Notes: a model not told the origin generated them from the sequence alone. Positions 10,382 to 21,164 are shown, numbered from the stretch's first letter. The stretch is DNA of 64,000 bases from Bdellovibrionota bacterium (GCA_050952645.1 JBMNLI010000010.1:192001-256000); one strand, 5' to 3'. Made by a program: numbers and translations.

Positions 10382-11701
10382 CTAGCTCTCAAGTAGCCAA
10401 GTTATAATATTTAGAGATTTTATCCCATCATAGCAAGTCTCCATGCCTGTATTTAATGAGAGAACTATTTTTTCATGATTGTCGCTAATTTTTCGCAAAG
10501 GTGCTAACTCTCTCTTACGAACTCTTTCCTCTGCCATCGATTCCGTAACTTGAATATACTGCTTGCTATCTGCTTTAGTAGCTATAAAATCTACTTCAAA
10601 ATTATCTATTTTTCCGATCGCCACATCGAAACCACGCCTTAGCAATTCAAAATAAATTACATTTTCTAAAGAGCGACCACTATCTCTATCCCTAAATCCT
10701 AAAATGAAATTTCTTAATCCTATATCGACTATATAATATTTACCAAGAGTACGAAGAAAATCTTTTCCTTTAATGTCGAATCTTTTTATTTCATAAAAAA
10801 AATACGATTCTAATAATGCACTTACGTATGCCTGAACCGTGTGGGCACTCGGCGTTCCTTTTCTTTTACCATTTTCGAGCATACCTTCATTTACGAGAAC
10901 ATTCCCTATGGAAGAAACTGAAATATTACTACCGATATTATCCGCAAGAAACATTACTATCTTTTTAAATAAAAACCAATCTGTAATTTGCCTTTGCCCT
11001 CTTATCTTCTCTCTTTCTAAAATGTCTCTTACTATTACCGTAGAGTATATACCTTCTAATAAAACTAGCGCTTTTTCTTGATCTAATCCGACATCTACAA
11101 TTCCTGGCATTCCACCAAAACGCATATATGCTTTAAATAAATCTTTAAGTTCATAATGTTCTTTATTTTCATCATAAACTTGTTTTCTTATATCCCCTAA
11201 AGCACTCCTTGTTTCTCTCATTTCAAAACCATGAAAATATAAAAACTCGCTAAATGAAAGTGGAAACATTTTAATTTCTATGCATCTTCCAGATAAATAA
11301 GTTGCATACTCCGAGGAAAGTAGATATGCGTTAGAACCAGTAATGTAAATATCACAATTAAAATCCACTCTAAATGAGTTAATCGCATCTTCCCATTTTG
11401 GAACACGCTGAATCTCATCGAAAAACAAATACATTCTCTTATTTGGAACGATAAGTTTTTTCACGTATTCATAAAGCTCATCGCTATTCATTTTTTTAAA
11501 TACATAAGACTCAAAGTTCATCTTGACAATTTGTTTATCTGAAATGCCATTGTCTTTTAAATAAGAAATCATTAATTTAAGCAAGCTAGATTTTCCGCAT
11601 CTTCTTATACCAGTTATCACCTTTACTAGCTCTGTATCTTTAAAAGCTATTATCTTATTTAAGTATAAGTCTCTTTTTTTAAGTTTACGTGTATTATTCA
11701 T
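10382..11701 (-). CDS. AAA+ ATPase (AAA_14 + DUF4143 family)
   Basis: GIRRCGKS, LFFDEIQ, IYITGSNA, YLSGR, KYYIVDIGLRN, LENVIYFEL, EVDFIA. Confidence 0.9.
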   Translation of the reverse strand: MNNTRKLKKRDLYLNKIIAFKDTELVKVITGIRRCGKSSLLKLMISYLKDNGISDKQIVKMNFESYVFKKMNSDELYEYVKKLIVPNKRMYLFFDEIQRVPKWEDAINSFRVDFNCDIYITGSNAYLLSSEYATYLSGRCIEIKMFPLSFSEFLYFHGFEMRETRSALGDIRKQVYDENKEHYELKDLFKAYMRFGGMPGIVDVGLDQEKALVLLEGIYSTVIVRDILEREKIRGQRQITDWFLFKKIVMFLADNIGSNISVSSIGNVLVNEGMLENGKRKGTPSAHTVQAYVSALLESYFFYEIKRFDIKGKDFLRTLGKYYIVDIGLRNFILGFRDRDSGRSLENVIYFELLRRGFDVAIGKIDNFEVDFIATKADSKQYIQVTESMAEERVRKRELAPLRKISDNHEKIVLSLNTGMETCYDGIKSLNIITWLLES

Positions 11702-11730
11702 TGCCCTACAACCCCTTTTTAATATATATT

Positions 11731-11769
11731 TATAGCATAAACTTTTAAAATTAATAAGTTTTTGCTATA
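11731..11769. promoter_or_regulatory. Palindromic operator-like site upstream of the second DUF4143 ATPase
   Basis: TATAGCATAAACTT-N11-AAGTTTTTGCTATA (one mismatch), with a further degenerate half-site next to it. Confidence 0.45.
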
Positions 11770-12610
11770 AATAGCACAAACTTTTAATATTTTAACTTTT
11801 TTTCTATATAAATTTGCTCTATTTTTGTTCTATACTTTTTGCTCTATATTTCTTGCTCTATATTTTAATTTATATTTTAGCTTAGTAGTTTTTTTTAATC
11901 CTTTTTTTAAAAGCAAACCCTTTTTTAGCCTAGTAGCATCAAATATATTAAAGAGAACGTTATTTATAATACTTACATGATGTGTAAGTATTTACAAAAT
12001 ATAACTATTAAATTAAAATCTTAGAACAGATATTTTATTTTAGTTAGAAATTCTTAAATTTAGTGTAAAAGAATTTCTTTGAATTTGACTATTGTGGAAC
12101 TCTTGCAAAATATAAATGCGTAAGTTAAAGAGAGGCAAATATTTTTAAAAAATAATAAGCATTTAACCTACAGGAATTCCAATTTATAAAAAAGTTTTTA
12201 AACTTAAGTTTGTTCTTATAGATAATTTAGTTAGATAATTTAATTAAAGATTATTTTATTATAAATTATTTATAAAGTATTCGCTTAGAATTTTGTCTTA
12301 AGCTTTGCCTTAAGAGGCTATCTTAAGAGGCTTTTGTCTTATTTAGTTTTAGAGTTTAGTTTTAAAGTTTTAGTCTTAGGGCGTTTAAGACTTAGAAGCT
12401 AAGTGATTTTTAATAACAGATTTTAAATAACAGATTTTAAATAACAGATTTTAATGAGCATTTTTATTTAATAATTTATTTAATGATGATTTTAAAAGTA
12501 AAAAGAACATATATCAAAAAAACTGATAATAGAAAATTATCCTATACGAATTTTAGGCTAAAAACAAATAGATCAAATAGTCAAATTCCTATAATTATAG
12601 GAGCAAATTT

Positions 12611-14230
12611 ATGGAACGCTATATGCTTATCAATGCAGTTCATCCAGAAGAATGTAGAATTGCGATTATCGAGGGGAACAAGCCTATTGAGCTTGAAATA
12701 GAATCAAATGCTGGAAAAAAATTAAAAGGAAATATTTATAAGGCGAAAATCGCTAGAGTTGAGCCTAGTTTACAAGCGGCATTCGTAGATATAGGTGCTG
12801 AAAGAAATGGATTTTTGCAAATAAACGATATTCACCCATCGTATTTTAAAAAGGGTTATACTAAAAAGAAATCCGTTTCTCAAATAAAAATTCAAGATGT
12901 CGTTGAAACTGGACAAGAGGTAATAGTGCAAGTAGTAAAAGAAGAGCGAGATTTAAAGGGCGCTACATTAACTACCTATCTTTCACTCCCAGGAAGATAC
13001 ATCGTCTTAATGTTAGGAAATGATAAAGGCGGAGTTTCTAGAAAAGGAAGTGCAAACGAAAGAAGCAGGCTAAAAAAACTTACTCAAGAATTGAAACTTC
13101 CAGATGGAATGGGAATTATAATAAGAACCGCTGGGCTTGATAGATCTCATAGCGAACTTTCTAGAGACTTATCGATACAATTAGACCTATGGAACAAGAT
13201 TCAAAATAGAGCTAAAGAATCCTCAACCCCTACTATCCTTTATACAGATGGCGATTTTGCAACGAGAGTTATTAGAGACTACTTTACCCCAGCAGTAAGA
13301 GAGATAGTTATAGATAACCCTAGCACTTATGAGTTAGTAAAAGAGTTTGTGCAAGAGGTTATGCCACGCTATCGCTCTAGAGTAAAATTGTATAACCATC
13401 CAGAGCCTATTTTTACGCATTATAATATCGAAGATAGCGTAATTGAAACTTTTGAAAGAGAGGTAAAACTCCCTTCGGGTGGAGCTATCGTAATAGAACC
13501 AGTCGAAGCGTTAGTTGCTATCGATGTAAACTCTGGAAAGGGTACCGATGGCGAAGGAATTGAAGATACGGCCTTTAGAACTAACATGGAAGCTGCCGAG
13601 GTGATAGCATCCCAGCTTAGGCTAAGAGACTTAGGCGGACTTATAGTAATAGATTTTATAGATATGCTCGACAAAAAGCATCGCATAGAGCTTGAAAAAA
13701 AGATGCTAGAAGTTATAAAGGAAGACAAGGCGAGAATTGAAATAGGCACTCTTTCAAGATTTGGGCTTTTAGAAATGTCTCGCCAAAGGATACGTGCTTC
13801 TCTAGCTAGTCAAAGCCATATTACTTGTCAAAGTTGTAAAGGGCTAGGAAAAATAAGAAACCCAGAACTTATAGCGCTTGAGGTATTAAAGAAAATTCAA
13901 GCAGCCGTTATTTTAGGAAAAGTTTCTTTAGTGCAAGCTAGACTTTCGACTGCTCCTACGGTATTTCTTTTAAACAACAAAAAAAGAGAATTAACTAGAC
14001 TAGAAGCAGAATATGAGGTAAGAATTTTAATCGTTCCAGATGCGAGACTTCGAGTTGACGAGTACGAGTTAGTGCTAAAAGCTCATGAAGATGATGATAA
14101 TGGCAAAAAGCATTTAATCGATAGCAATAAAGCTAAAGAGTTAACGACAAAAAGCAAAAGCACATTTAAAAATAAAAGAAAAACACTTACTAAGAAAAGA
14201 CGTTTCCCCACTAAAAAGGCAGAAAAATAG
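12611..14230 (+). CDS. rne: Ribonuclease E/G family
   Basis: GNIYKAKIARVEPSLQAAFVDIG S1 domain, AIDVNSG, DLGGLIVIDFIDM, CQSCKG Zn link; short basic tail. Confidence 0.9.
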   Translation: MERYMLINAVHPEECRIAIIEGNKPIELEIESNAGKKLKGNIYKAKIARVEPSLQAAFVDIGAERNGFLQINDIHPSYFKKGYTKKKSVSQIKIQDVVETGQEVIVQVVKEERDLKGATLTTYLSLPGRYIVLMLGNDKGGVSRKGSANERSRLKKLTQELKLPDGMGIIIRTAGLDRSHSELSRDLSIQLDLWNKIQNRAKESSTPTILYTDGDFATRVIRDYFTPAVREIVIDNPSTYELVKEFVQEVMPRYRSRVKLYNHPEPIFTHYNIEDSVIETFEREVKLPSGGAIVIEPVEALVAIDVNSGKGTDGEGIEDTAFRTNMEAAEVIASQLRLRDLGGLIVIDFIDMLDKKHRIELEKKMLEVIKEDKARIEIGTLSRFGLLEMSRQRIRASLASQSHITCQSCKGLGKIRNPELIALEVLKKIQAAVILGKVSLVQARLSTAPTVFLLNNKKRELTRLEAEYEVRILIVPDARLRVDEYELVLKAHEDDDNGKKHLIDSNKAKELTTKSKSTFKNKRKTLTKKRRFPTKKAEK

Positions 14231-14233
14231 AGT

Positions 14234-16495
14234 ATGCATTGGGAGAATGAAAAAAATATAACTAAAAAAGAAGAGACCGTAGAAGGCTATATAAAAAGGA
14301 TTCGATTTCAAAACGAAGAAAACGGATTTAGTATTTTAGTAGTTGAAGACGAAGAAGCTTTTGAAGATGTGATAGTTACGGGAACTTCTTTTACAGTTTA
14401 TGAGGGTTGCTACATAGTAGCTTCGGGATATTACGTAGTGCATCCTAAATTTGGTAAACAATTAAAAGCTAGCTCAATTTTAGAAACCATTCCATCGGAT
14501 GTTAAAGGCGTAGAAAAATATTTATCTAGTGGAATTCTTCCTGGCGTTGGAGAAAAAACTGCTCAAAAAATCGTTGGATTACTAGGCAAAAATGCCGTTG
14601 AAAAAATCATAGAAGACCCTTTAGTTTTAAAAAACATAAAAGGGCTTTCAAAAAAAAAGATAGACAGTATTTACAATATTTTATTAAATGAGCAAAACGC
14701 TGGAAAAGCTCTAAGGTTTTTAATCGAGCATAATATAAGCACTGCTCTTGCAAATTTAATTTTTCAAAAGTATGGCGAGAAAAGCATCGAGATAGTTTCA
14801 AACGACCCTTACAGACTTTGCCTTGAAATTTCAGGAATTGGTTTTATAAAGGCGGACGATATAGCCTTTAAAATGGGCTTTGAGAAAAATGATAGACGAC
14901 GAATAAAAGCTGGCATTTCTTATACATTAGAAAAGGCTACGCAAGACGGGCATTGTTATTTAGAAGAAAGTGTTTTAAAAGAAAGAGCAAAACAGCTTTT
15001 AGAGTTAGACGAAGATATCGCTTCGATAGATGTTTTAATAGATGAGCTAACGCAGGAAGATATTTTAATAAGGCGAGATAAGAATATTTTATTAAAAGAG
15101 TTTGACGAAGCAGAAAATTTTATTTCAAAGTATATTATAGAAAAAAGTTTAGTAAAAGATTTAGATTCGCTCTCAGAAAAGTTTATAGACGCCGTTATTC
15201 CTAGAATTGAGCTTTCGCAAGATATAAAATATTCAGATGAGCAAGTAAACGCTATAAAGTCCGTAAATAAAAACAAGGTACTTCTTATAACGGGAGGTCC
15301 TGGGTCTGGAAAGACGACTATTATAAACGGTATTTCTAAAATCTTTTTAGCTGCAGGAAAAACCGTGAAGCTTGCAGCGCCTACGGGAAAGGCGGCACAA
15401 AGGCTAAGCTCTGTTTGTGGAATAAGTGCGCAAACGATACATAGACTATTAAGATACGATCCTATAAATCAAGTATTTTTGCATAATTTAGAAAAGCCGA
15501 TACAGGCCGACATATTTATTATCGACGAGTGTTCTATGATCGACATTCTTCTTGCTAAATCCTTACTAGAAGCCATTCCTAGAACTGCGACGCTAGTAAT
15601 GGTAGGAGACAAAGATCAGCTTCCGCCAGTAGGTCCAGGGAGAGTGTTTGCAGATTTATTAGAGTTAGAGAGCGTGCCTAGAATTTTTTTATCTCAAATT
15701 TTTAGACGAAGTGAAGCATCGAATATAAACCAAGTAGCCTTTAATATAAATAAGGGGCTAACTCCTAGCATTCCTATTCCTGATGGGAACACTAAGTCGG
15801 ACATATTTTTTATCCCTAAGGAGTCTCCTTTTGAGATATCTAATCTTATTGAAAAACTAGTTTCTTATCAGATACCTAATAAGTTCGGTTTTTCGCTAGA
15901 TGATATTATGGTTTTAACTCCTATGAACAAGGGGCCATTAGGAACTACAAGGCTTAACAATAGGCTTCAAAGCATTATAAACCCGATAGAGGCTTTAGGA
16001 AGTGAGCAAGAGATTTTAGTAAACGACACATCGTTTAGGTTAAATGATAGAGTTTGTCAAAGGGTAAATAATTATCAACTAGGAAAATCGGGGGTTTTTA
16101 ATGGCGACACTGGTATTATTACAAGAGTTAACTCTATCACTCAAACGCTTCGAGTGCGGCTTTGGGATGAAGAAGAGGTAGAGTATCAAAAAAACAACTT
16201 AGCACAATTGCAGTTAGCCTATGCGTTAAGCGTCCATCGTTCGCAGGGAAGTGAAATACCGTGTGTCGTTTTAGCACTTCATAGTTGTCATTATACGTTA
16301 TTAGAAAGACAACTTATTTACACTGCTATTACTCGTGCTAAAAATCTTTTAATTATCGTAGGGCAGATGAAAGCTTTAAATTACTCTATAAAAAACCAGC
16401 AAGCTATAAAAAGAAATAGCATGTTAATAGAAAAAACCAAAGCTTTAGCGATGAATACATCTTATGTGAAATTTAAAGAAGAAATAGCAGAATAA
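14234..16495 (+). CDS. recD2: RecD2-type ATP-dependent DNA helicase
   Basis: N-terminal OB/HhH region, GGPGSGKT, APTGKAA, DECSM, GDKDQL, FNGD, HRSQGSE, YTAITRAK. Confidence 0.92.
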   Translation: MHWENEKNITKKEETVEGYIKRIRFQNEENGFSILVVEDEEAFEDVIVTGTSFTVYEGCYIVASGYYVVHPKFGKQLKASSILETIPSDVKGVEKYLSSGILPGVGEKTAQKIVGLLGKNAVEKIIEDPLVLKNIKGLSKKKIDSIYNILLNEQNAGKALRFLIEHNISTALANLIFQKYGEKSIEIVSNDPYRLCLEISGIGFIKADDIAFKMGFEKNDRRRIKAGISYTLEKATQDGHCYLEESVLKERAKQLLELDEDIASIDVLIDELTQEDILIRRDKNILLKEFDEAENFISKYIIEKSLVKDLDSLSEKFIDAVIPRIELSQDIKYSDEQVNAIKSVNKNKVLLITGGPGSGKTTIINGISKIFLAAGKTVKLAAPTGKAAQRLSSVCGISAQTIHRLLRYDPINQVFLHNLEKPIQADIFIIDECSMIDILLAKSLLEAIPRTATLVMVGDKDQLPPVGPGRVFADLLELESVPRIFLSQIFRRSEASNINQVAFNINKGLTPSIPIPDGNTKSDIFFIPKESPFEISNLIEKLVSYQIPNKFGFSLDDIMVLTPMNKGPLGTTRLNNRLQSIINPIEALGSEQEILVNDTSFRLNDRVCQRVNNYQLGKSGVFNGDTGIITRVNSITQTLRVRLWDEEEVEYQKNNLAQLQLAYALSVHRSQGSEIPCVVLALHSCHYTLLERQLIYTAITRAKNLLIIVGQMKALNYSIKNQQAIKRNSMLIEKTKALAMNTSYVKFKEEIAE

Positions 16496-16696
16496 AAATA
16501 ACAAAATAAAAGTAGCAGAAATAGTAGAAATAAAAAAACACAAGCGATATCTCTTTTAGACGTTTACAATCCTTAGAGACATCTTTAGATTGCGTTTTGT
16601 ATGTGCGGAATTTTACGCAAATTGTAAGAGCAAAAAGCTTTCAATTTTTCGATACTCCCTCAGCGTGCTTCGACCAAGTTGCTTTGAATTGCTTAT

Positions 16697-16768
16697 CTAC
16701 CAACTCCTTCGGTATAATTCTTCCAAGTGTTCTCGGCTTGCTTCTTCCGCTTCCCAACTATTCATCAT
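16697..16768 (-). CDS. Candidate 23-aa small protein MMNSWEAEEASREHLEELYRRSW
   Basis: GGAGG at 16773-16777 just upstream of ATGATG; downstream hairpin and T-run near 16530-16585. Confidence 0.35.
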   Translation of the reverse strand: MMNSWEAEEASREHLEELYRRSW

Positions 16769-16936
16769 TAAACCTCCAAACGCATAATACGTAGTACTTT
16801 AGGAACAAACTATTAACCAGTGAAAAACGCTTATTATAACTACAACCTTATCATTATTTGCGTCTTTCGCACGAACTTTATACTAGTCGTGCAAATACAC
16901 AAAAATACTTCTTAAAAAAATTAATTTTAAAATCTC

Positions 16937-19153
16937 CTAAAACTTATCTACCCTACACCTAAACAAACTTAAAAAGATGATTGAAAACGCAGAAACCGCT
17001 ACCATTAAAAATATCGGATTGAATGATAAAGCTATAAAAACTAATAACGATATAACTAAATATATAAAAAAATGATTTAAAAACTTTTTATAAGATTTTA
17101 TATAACTAACTATCTTCTCAAAACTTAAAAGATTATCACCAAAAATAACTACACTTAAATTATCCGTCTCACAAATCAAAGGATCAAACACACCGATATT
17201 ATGACGAACCTTTCTCATAACTTGCCTATCAGTCTGTAAATTACTAAAAAATAGCCCCTCTCCTATCGCATCTAATTTATCAAAATAACTCTTTATAGTT
17301 AAACCACCAAAAATATTTGCTAAACCTATACCTGCTCTTTTTCCAAGCTCCTCAACCCTATCTTCCGTCTCAGTGCTAACTAAATAAAAATTATCGCCTT
17401 GCTCACTAACATCTTTTACAAGCTTTTCTAAAGCCAATGTAAACTCTTCTTTAAGATCGAAATACCCTATAACCACATCATTTAACGCTACATAAATCTT
17501 CTTACTTTCCTCTTCTTCAGGCATAAAGTCAGACTCTTGGGCTTGAACTTTCATCTCGATCATAAAAGACTCTTCACCAATAACAAAACGAGCCCCTGCT
17601 AATAGTGCCACTACATTATAATCACTATACTCCACGTAGTCTTCAATTTTATACGCTTTAATTATTTCTTGCTTCTTTGCGATAAATGTATTTAATTTTT
17701 TTAATAATGGATTATCTGATTTAGCAAAAATAGAAAATAAAGCTTCTAATAAATACGCCTCATCTATTCTTTCATCATATAGTCTAAACTTATTTACACG
17801 AAAATCTTTCGAGAAAACTCCATCTGAAAAATCAAATATATAATTTTTAAGCGTTAGAAATTTATCGAGCAAAGATCTTTTAGTTATAAGAATATTACTA
17901 GAAAATGCTTCCTTTAATAAAAATTTTGAAAACGCATTTTTTAAAATAAAAACTTTTAAAAATGAAAATAACACTAAACAAGAAACTAAATATAACAAAA
18001 TAGATTCAAATGAAATTTTAGAAATAAATAAAAAATTTATAGCAAAAGATATTAAACACGCTAAGAAAAAATAAAAATATACTTTCTTATTTAAAATTTG
18101 CTGTTTTTCACAAATAGCATTTTGACACTTAGATATATTATCATAGATGAACGTATCTTCCCACAAATTATCGACTTTAATTATAAGCTCGCCATTTAAA
18201 ATTTTACTTCCACCAAAAGCATAAAGCTTTTTAGTTAGCATATCAGCCTCTGCCTCTCCTGCGTAAATTCTCTTAGAAACTATGGCTTCACCATCTACAA
18301 CCTCGCCATCGAAAGGTAGCGTATCACCAATTTTTACGTATACTAAATCTCCACGCCTTAAATCTTTTAATAGCTTTTTTTGAACCGTTGCACTTTGTAA
18401 ATTATCCGTGCTAGTTATATACACATAATCATCTAGCAAATAATCTTTCTCTATATTTAAACTCTCTTTTACCTTTTTTAAACCTGCTGTAAAACATATA
18501 TTTTCAAATATAAAAACGATAGTACCCCAAAAAAAGAAATTTAAAAATATAGAACTAAAAGGCACAGACACGCTTTTTGTAGCTATTTGAAATGTGGCAT
18601 ATAGCCCAGAGATGATAATAGCTAAAATGGGTGCAAGGGAAATTTTATCTAAAACGCCTAACGTGCTATTTAAATATTTTTGGTATATAGGTTTAAGTAA
18701 ATAATAAGAATTTACTATAAGCACGACTACGCTTAACGCTACTAATCCATTATGCTTATAAGTTTGCGTTAACTCTACCTTACTTAAATAATTTGAAGTG
18801 ATATAAAAAAATAGATACGAAAAGAAAACTGCTAACAAATCGGCAAACGAATAATCACTATCTAAAAGACAACTTTTTTTGTTGTTTAGTTTTTTATTTT
18901 TTTTGTCTGAGAACTCATCATAATCACTCGCCTCTTTCTCTCCTAGTTTTTTACTAGTTTTCTTGCTAGCAAAAGAATTAGAAAAAAAATTAGAAAAAGG
19001 ACTAGCAAGAGGGTCTGTTAAAATACGCCTATCTCTACTTTTTGCACTACTAGCCTCACTGCTAGTTTTGCTTTTATTATTTTTGTTTAAATCATTTTTT
19101 CTTGAAAATTCATCTAAACTACTATCATCTAAACTACTATGATGAGTCCCCAT
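16937..19153 (-). CDS. Degenerate P1B-type (heavy-metal) P-type ATPase-like membrane protein
   Basis: Actuator domain (GDLVYVKIGDTLPFDGEVVDG), TM helices and HAD-like domain in P1B order, but DKTGT reads DFSDG and TGD/GDGxND are absent. Confidence 0.75.
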   Translation of the reverse strand: MGTHHSSLDDSSLDEFSRKNDLNKNNKSKTSSEASSAKSRDRRILTDPLASPFSNFFSNSFASKKTSKKLGEKEASDYDEFSDKKNKKLNNKKSCLLDSDYSFADLLAVFFSYLFFYITSNYLSKVELTQTYKHNGLVALSVVVLIVNSYYLLKPIYQKYLNSTLGVLDKISLAPILAIIISGLYATFQIATKSVSVPFSSIFLNFFFWGTIVFIFENICFTAGLKKVKESLNIEKDYLLDDYVYITSTDNLQSATVQKKLLKDLRRGDLVYVKIGDTLPFDGEVVDGEAIVSKRIYAGEAEADMLTKKLYAFGGSKILNGELIIKVDNLWEDTFIYDNISKCQNAICEKQQILNKKVYFYFFLACLISFAINFLFISKISFESILLYLVSCLVLFSFLKVFILKNAFSKFLLKEAFSSNILITKRSLLDKFLTLKNYIFDFSDGVFSKDFRVNKFRLYDERIDEAYLLEALFSIFAKSDNPLLKKLNTFIAKKQEIIKAYKIEDYVEYSDYNVVALLAGARFVIGEESFMIEMKVQAQESDFMPEEEESKKIYVALNDVVIGYFDLKEEFTLALEKLVKDVSEQGDNFYLVSTETEDRVEELGKRAGIGLANIFGGLTIKSYFDKLDAIGEGLFFSNLQTDRQVMRKVRHNIGVFDPLICETDNLSVVIFGDNLLSFEKIVSYIKSYKKFLNHFFIYLVISLLVFIALSFNPIFLMVAVSAFSIIFLSLFRCRVDKF

Positions 19154-19159
19154 GATACA

Positions 19160-19366
19160 CTACTCTCCACGAACAAATTTCTTTTTTGTTGGAACTAATT
19201 TTGATTTTTGTTCAAAAAGCACCCTTTTTCCTGCTACTGGATCGTATTTCATTAAAGAAAGTTTTTGTTCGCCTTTATTTTTTTTCTTATTTCTTCTAAC
19301 AGTATAAAAATATCCCGTATCTGCCGAAGACATTAAAAATATAGTTTCTTTTGCAATCTTAGCCAT
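19160..19366 (-). CDS. rpmG: 50S ribosomal protein L33 (Zn-free type)
   Basis: MAK...IFLMSSADTGYFYT...KLSLMKYDPVAGKRVLF; start moved to the ATG at 19366. Confidence 0.92.
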   Translation of the reverse strand: MAKIAKETIFLMSSADTGYFYTVRRNKKKNKGEQKLSLMKYDPVAGKRVLFEQKSKLVPTKKKFVRGE

Positions 19367-19583
19367 TTCTACCTTTATATATAAAAAAATCACGTAAACA
19401 ATTTATTTAACAATTTATTTACATTTATGTAATTACAATTATTATAATTAAAACTAAACTTAAATTAAAATTAAAAACGTATCTTACTAATATGCCTTAA
19501 TATTACTAAAGTATCAAGTTTTATAACTAAAAAAAATATATAAAATAACGAAAAAACAAGCTAAAAGGACGAGATAAATAAAT

Positions 19584-20051
19584 ATGTTTAAAGAAAATCA
19601 AATAGTATTCGTAAAAACATTTAGAAAAGAAGGACGAATCGTCAAATCATTAAATAATAACTATTATTTAGTTAATGTTGGGGAGATTTCCATAAAATTG
19701 CGTAGCGATGCACTAGAAAACACCCCGAAAAACATAAATGCAAAGAGCACCGAAACCATCTCAAAAAAGCAAAAAAATAGAAAGAAAGACTCTGAGATTA
19801 GTAAAGCTTACGCAAACTCGATAAAAGTAAAAACCATAGACTTACACGGCGTAAAGGCTAAAGATTTAGAAGAAATAATACTACGTGAAATTAGCAAAGC
19901 GATTCTAGAAGGCTACAAGCAAATAAATTTAATGCATGGAATAGGGCACGGAGTCTTAAAAAACTCACTCCCTAAAATTTTAGATAAAATTAGCGCAGTA
20001 AGCCACTATAGAGAAACGAACAACTTAGGAGTTATGGCAGTGTATCTATAA
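19584..20051 (+). CDS. Stand-alone Smr-domain protein with N-terminal KOW-like domain (MutS2 C-terminus-like)
   Basis: IDLHG, MHGIGHGVLK, N-terminal VFVK..RKEGRIV. Confidence 0.8.
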   Translation: MFKENQIVFVKTFRKEGRIVKSLNNNYYLVNVGEISIKLRSDALENTPKNINAKSTETISKKQKNRKKDSEISKAYANSIKVKTIDLHGVKAKDLEEIILREISKAILEGYKQINLMHGIGHGVLKNSLPKILDKISAVSHYRETNNLGVMAVYL

Positions 20052-20150
20052 CATATAGAACATATATAGCTAGAAAACGTGTATCTATAAATTTTGACGC
20101 TTTAAGCAAAAGATGGCATTTATTTATTATTCATCATTATTTACAATTAC

Positions 20151-21164
20151 TTATTTATTCATCATTTCCATTAAACTTTCATAAACTTTTATATGCGATA
20201 TTTTTTGACAAGCATTCGTACCCGTTTTGCAAACTTTCGTTCCGTGGCGTCCGCAAGGCCTACACTTTAAACTTTTATCCTCAACTACTACTGCCCTATC
20301 GTTTTGCCAAGGACCAAAACCAAACTCTGGCACAGTTGCACAAAAAACTACGACATTAGGAACTTTAAAAGCAGATGCTAAATGTAGCATCATGCTATCA
20401 TTACAAACTATCCCTTTAGCATTACTAGCTAGATACATCGTCTGCTCTAAAGATGTTTCGCCAGCTAAATTTAACGCCTTAGTATCCGAAGCTATATAAT
20501 CACAAAGCTCTCTTTCACCTTTTGAACCCGTAAGAACAACGGAAAAATTATTTTCTAATAATTTTTTTACTAATGCTTTATATTCATCTGCATCCCATCT
20601 TTTAGTATTCCAAACACTCCCTGGGGATAATAAAACATAACCACCTAAATTTTTTATTTTTTCTATAAACTCTTTACCTATAATATCATCTGAAGCGGGA
20701 TATAATTTTAAGTCTAATTTAAAATCATCTTTTATATTTAATCTTTCTTTTTCTTTTGAAAGTATAGATAAATTTCTTAGTGCATCGTGTCTCGATGTAT
20801 CCCTTAACACTCTATCGGTATGCAAAAAAGAAAACTTAGCACTTTTAAACCCGATTCGTCGCTTAATTCTAGATAAGAATAGCAGCACCGCCGTTCGATA
20901 AGATTTTTGTAATACAAATACCATATCGAAATTATAACTTTTTATCTCTTTTAATTTTTCTAAAAATGGTTTTAACCCCTTTTGTTTTTTATTATAAACT
21001 AGCGTCTTTGAAACATTAGGATTATACTTAAAAAACACCTCTGCTAGCGGAGTAGTCAAAGTGTAAATCTCTGCATCTTTATAAAGCATCTTTATATTTT
21101 CCACTACTGGTGTCGACAAAATTACATCGCCTAAAAAGGCTGTTTGAAATATTAAAATTCTCAT
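20151..21164 (-). CDS. waaF: GT9 lipopolysaccharide heptosyltransferase II
   Basis: MRILIFQTAFLGDVILSTP, PGSVWNTKRW, NDSMMLHLASA; start at 21164 overlaps the upstream stop (ATGA). Confidence 0.85.
   Translation of the reverse strand: MRILIFQTAFLGDVILSTPVVENIKMLYKDAEIYTLTTPLAEVFFKYNPNVSKTLVYNKKQKGLKPFLEKLKEIKSYNFDMVFVLQKSYRTAVLLFLSRIKRRIGFKSAKFSFLHTDRVLRDTSRHDALRNLSILSKEKERLNIKDDFKLDLKLYPASDDIIGKEFIEKIKNLGGYVLLSPGSVWNTKRWDADEYKALVKKLLENNFSVVLTGSKGERELCDYIASDTKALNLAGETSLEQTMYLASNAKGIVCNDSMMLHLASAFKVPNVVVFCATVPEFGFGPWQNDRAVVVEDKSLKCRPCGRHGTKVCKTGTNACQKISHIKVYESLMEMMNK

Noticed and set aside
11800..12610. Long AT-rich region before rne as a possible origin or RNA gene
   Set aside because: No DnaA-box cluster or GC-rich structure seen; consistent with a long rne leader plus micro-repeats
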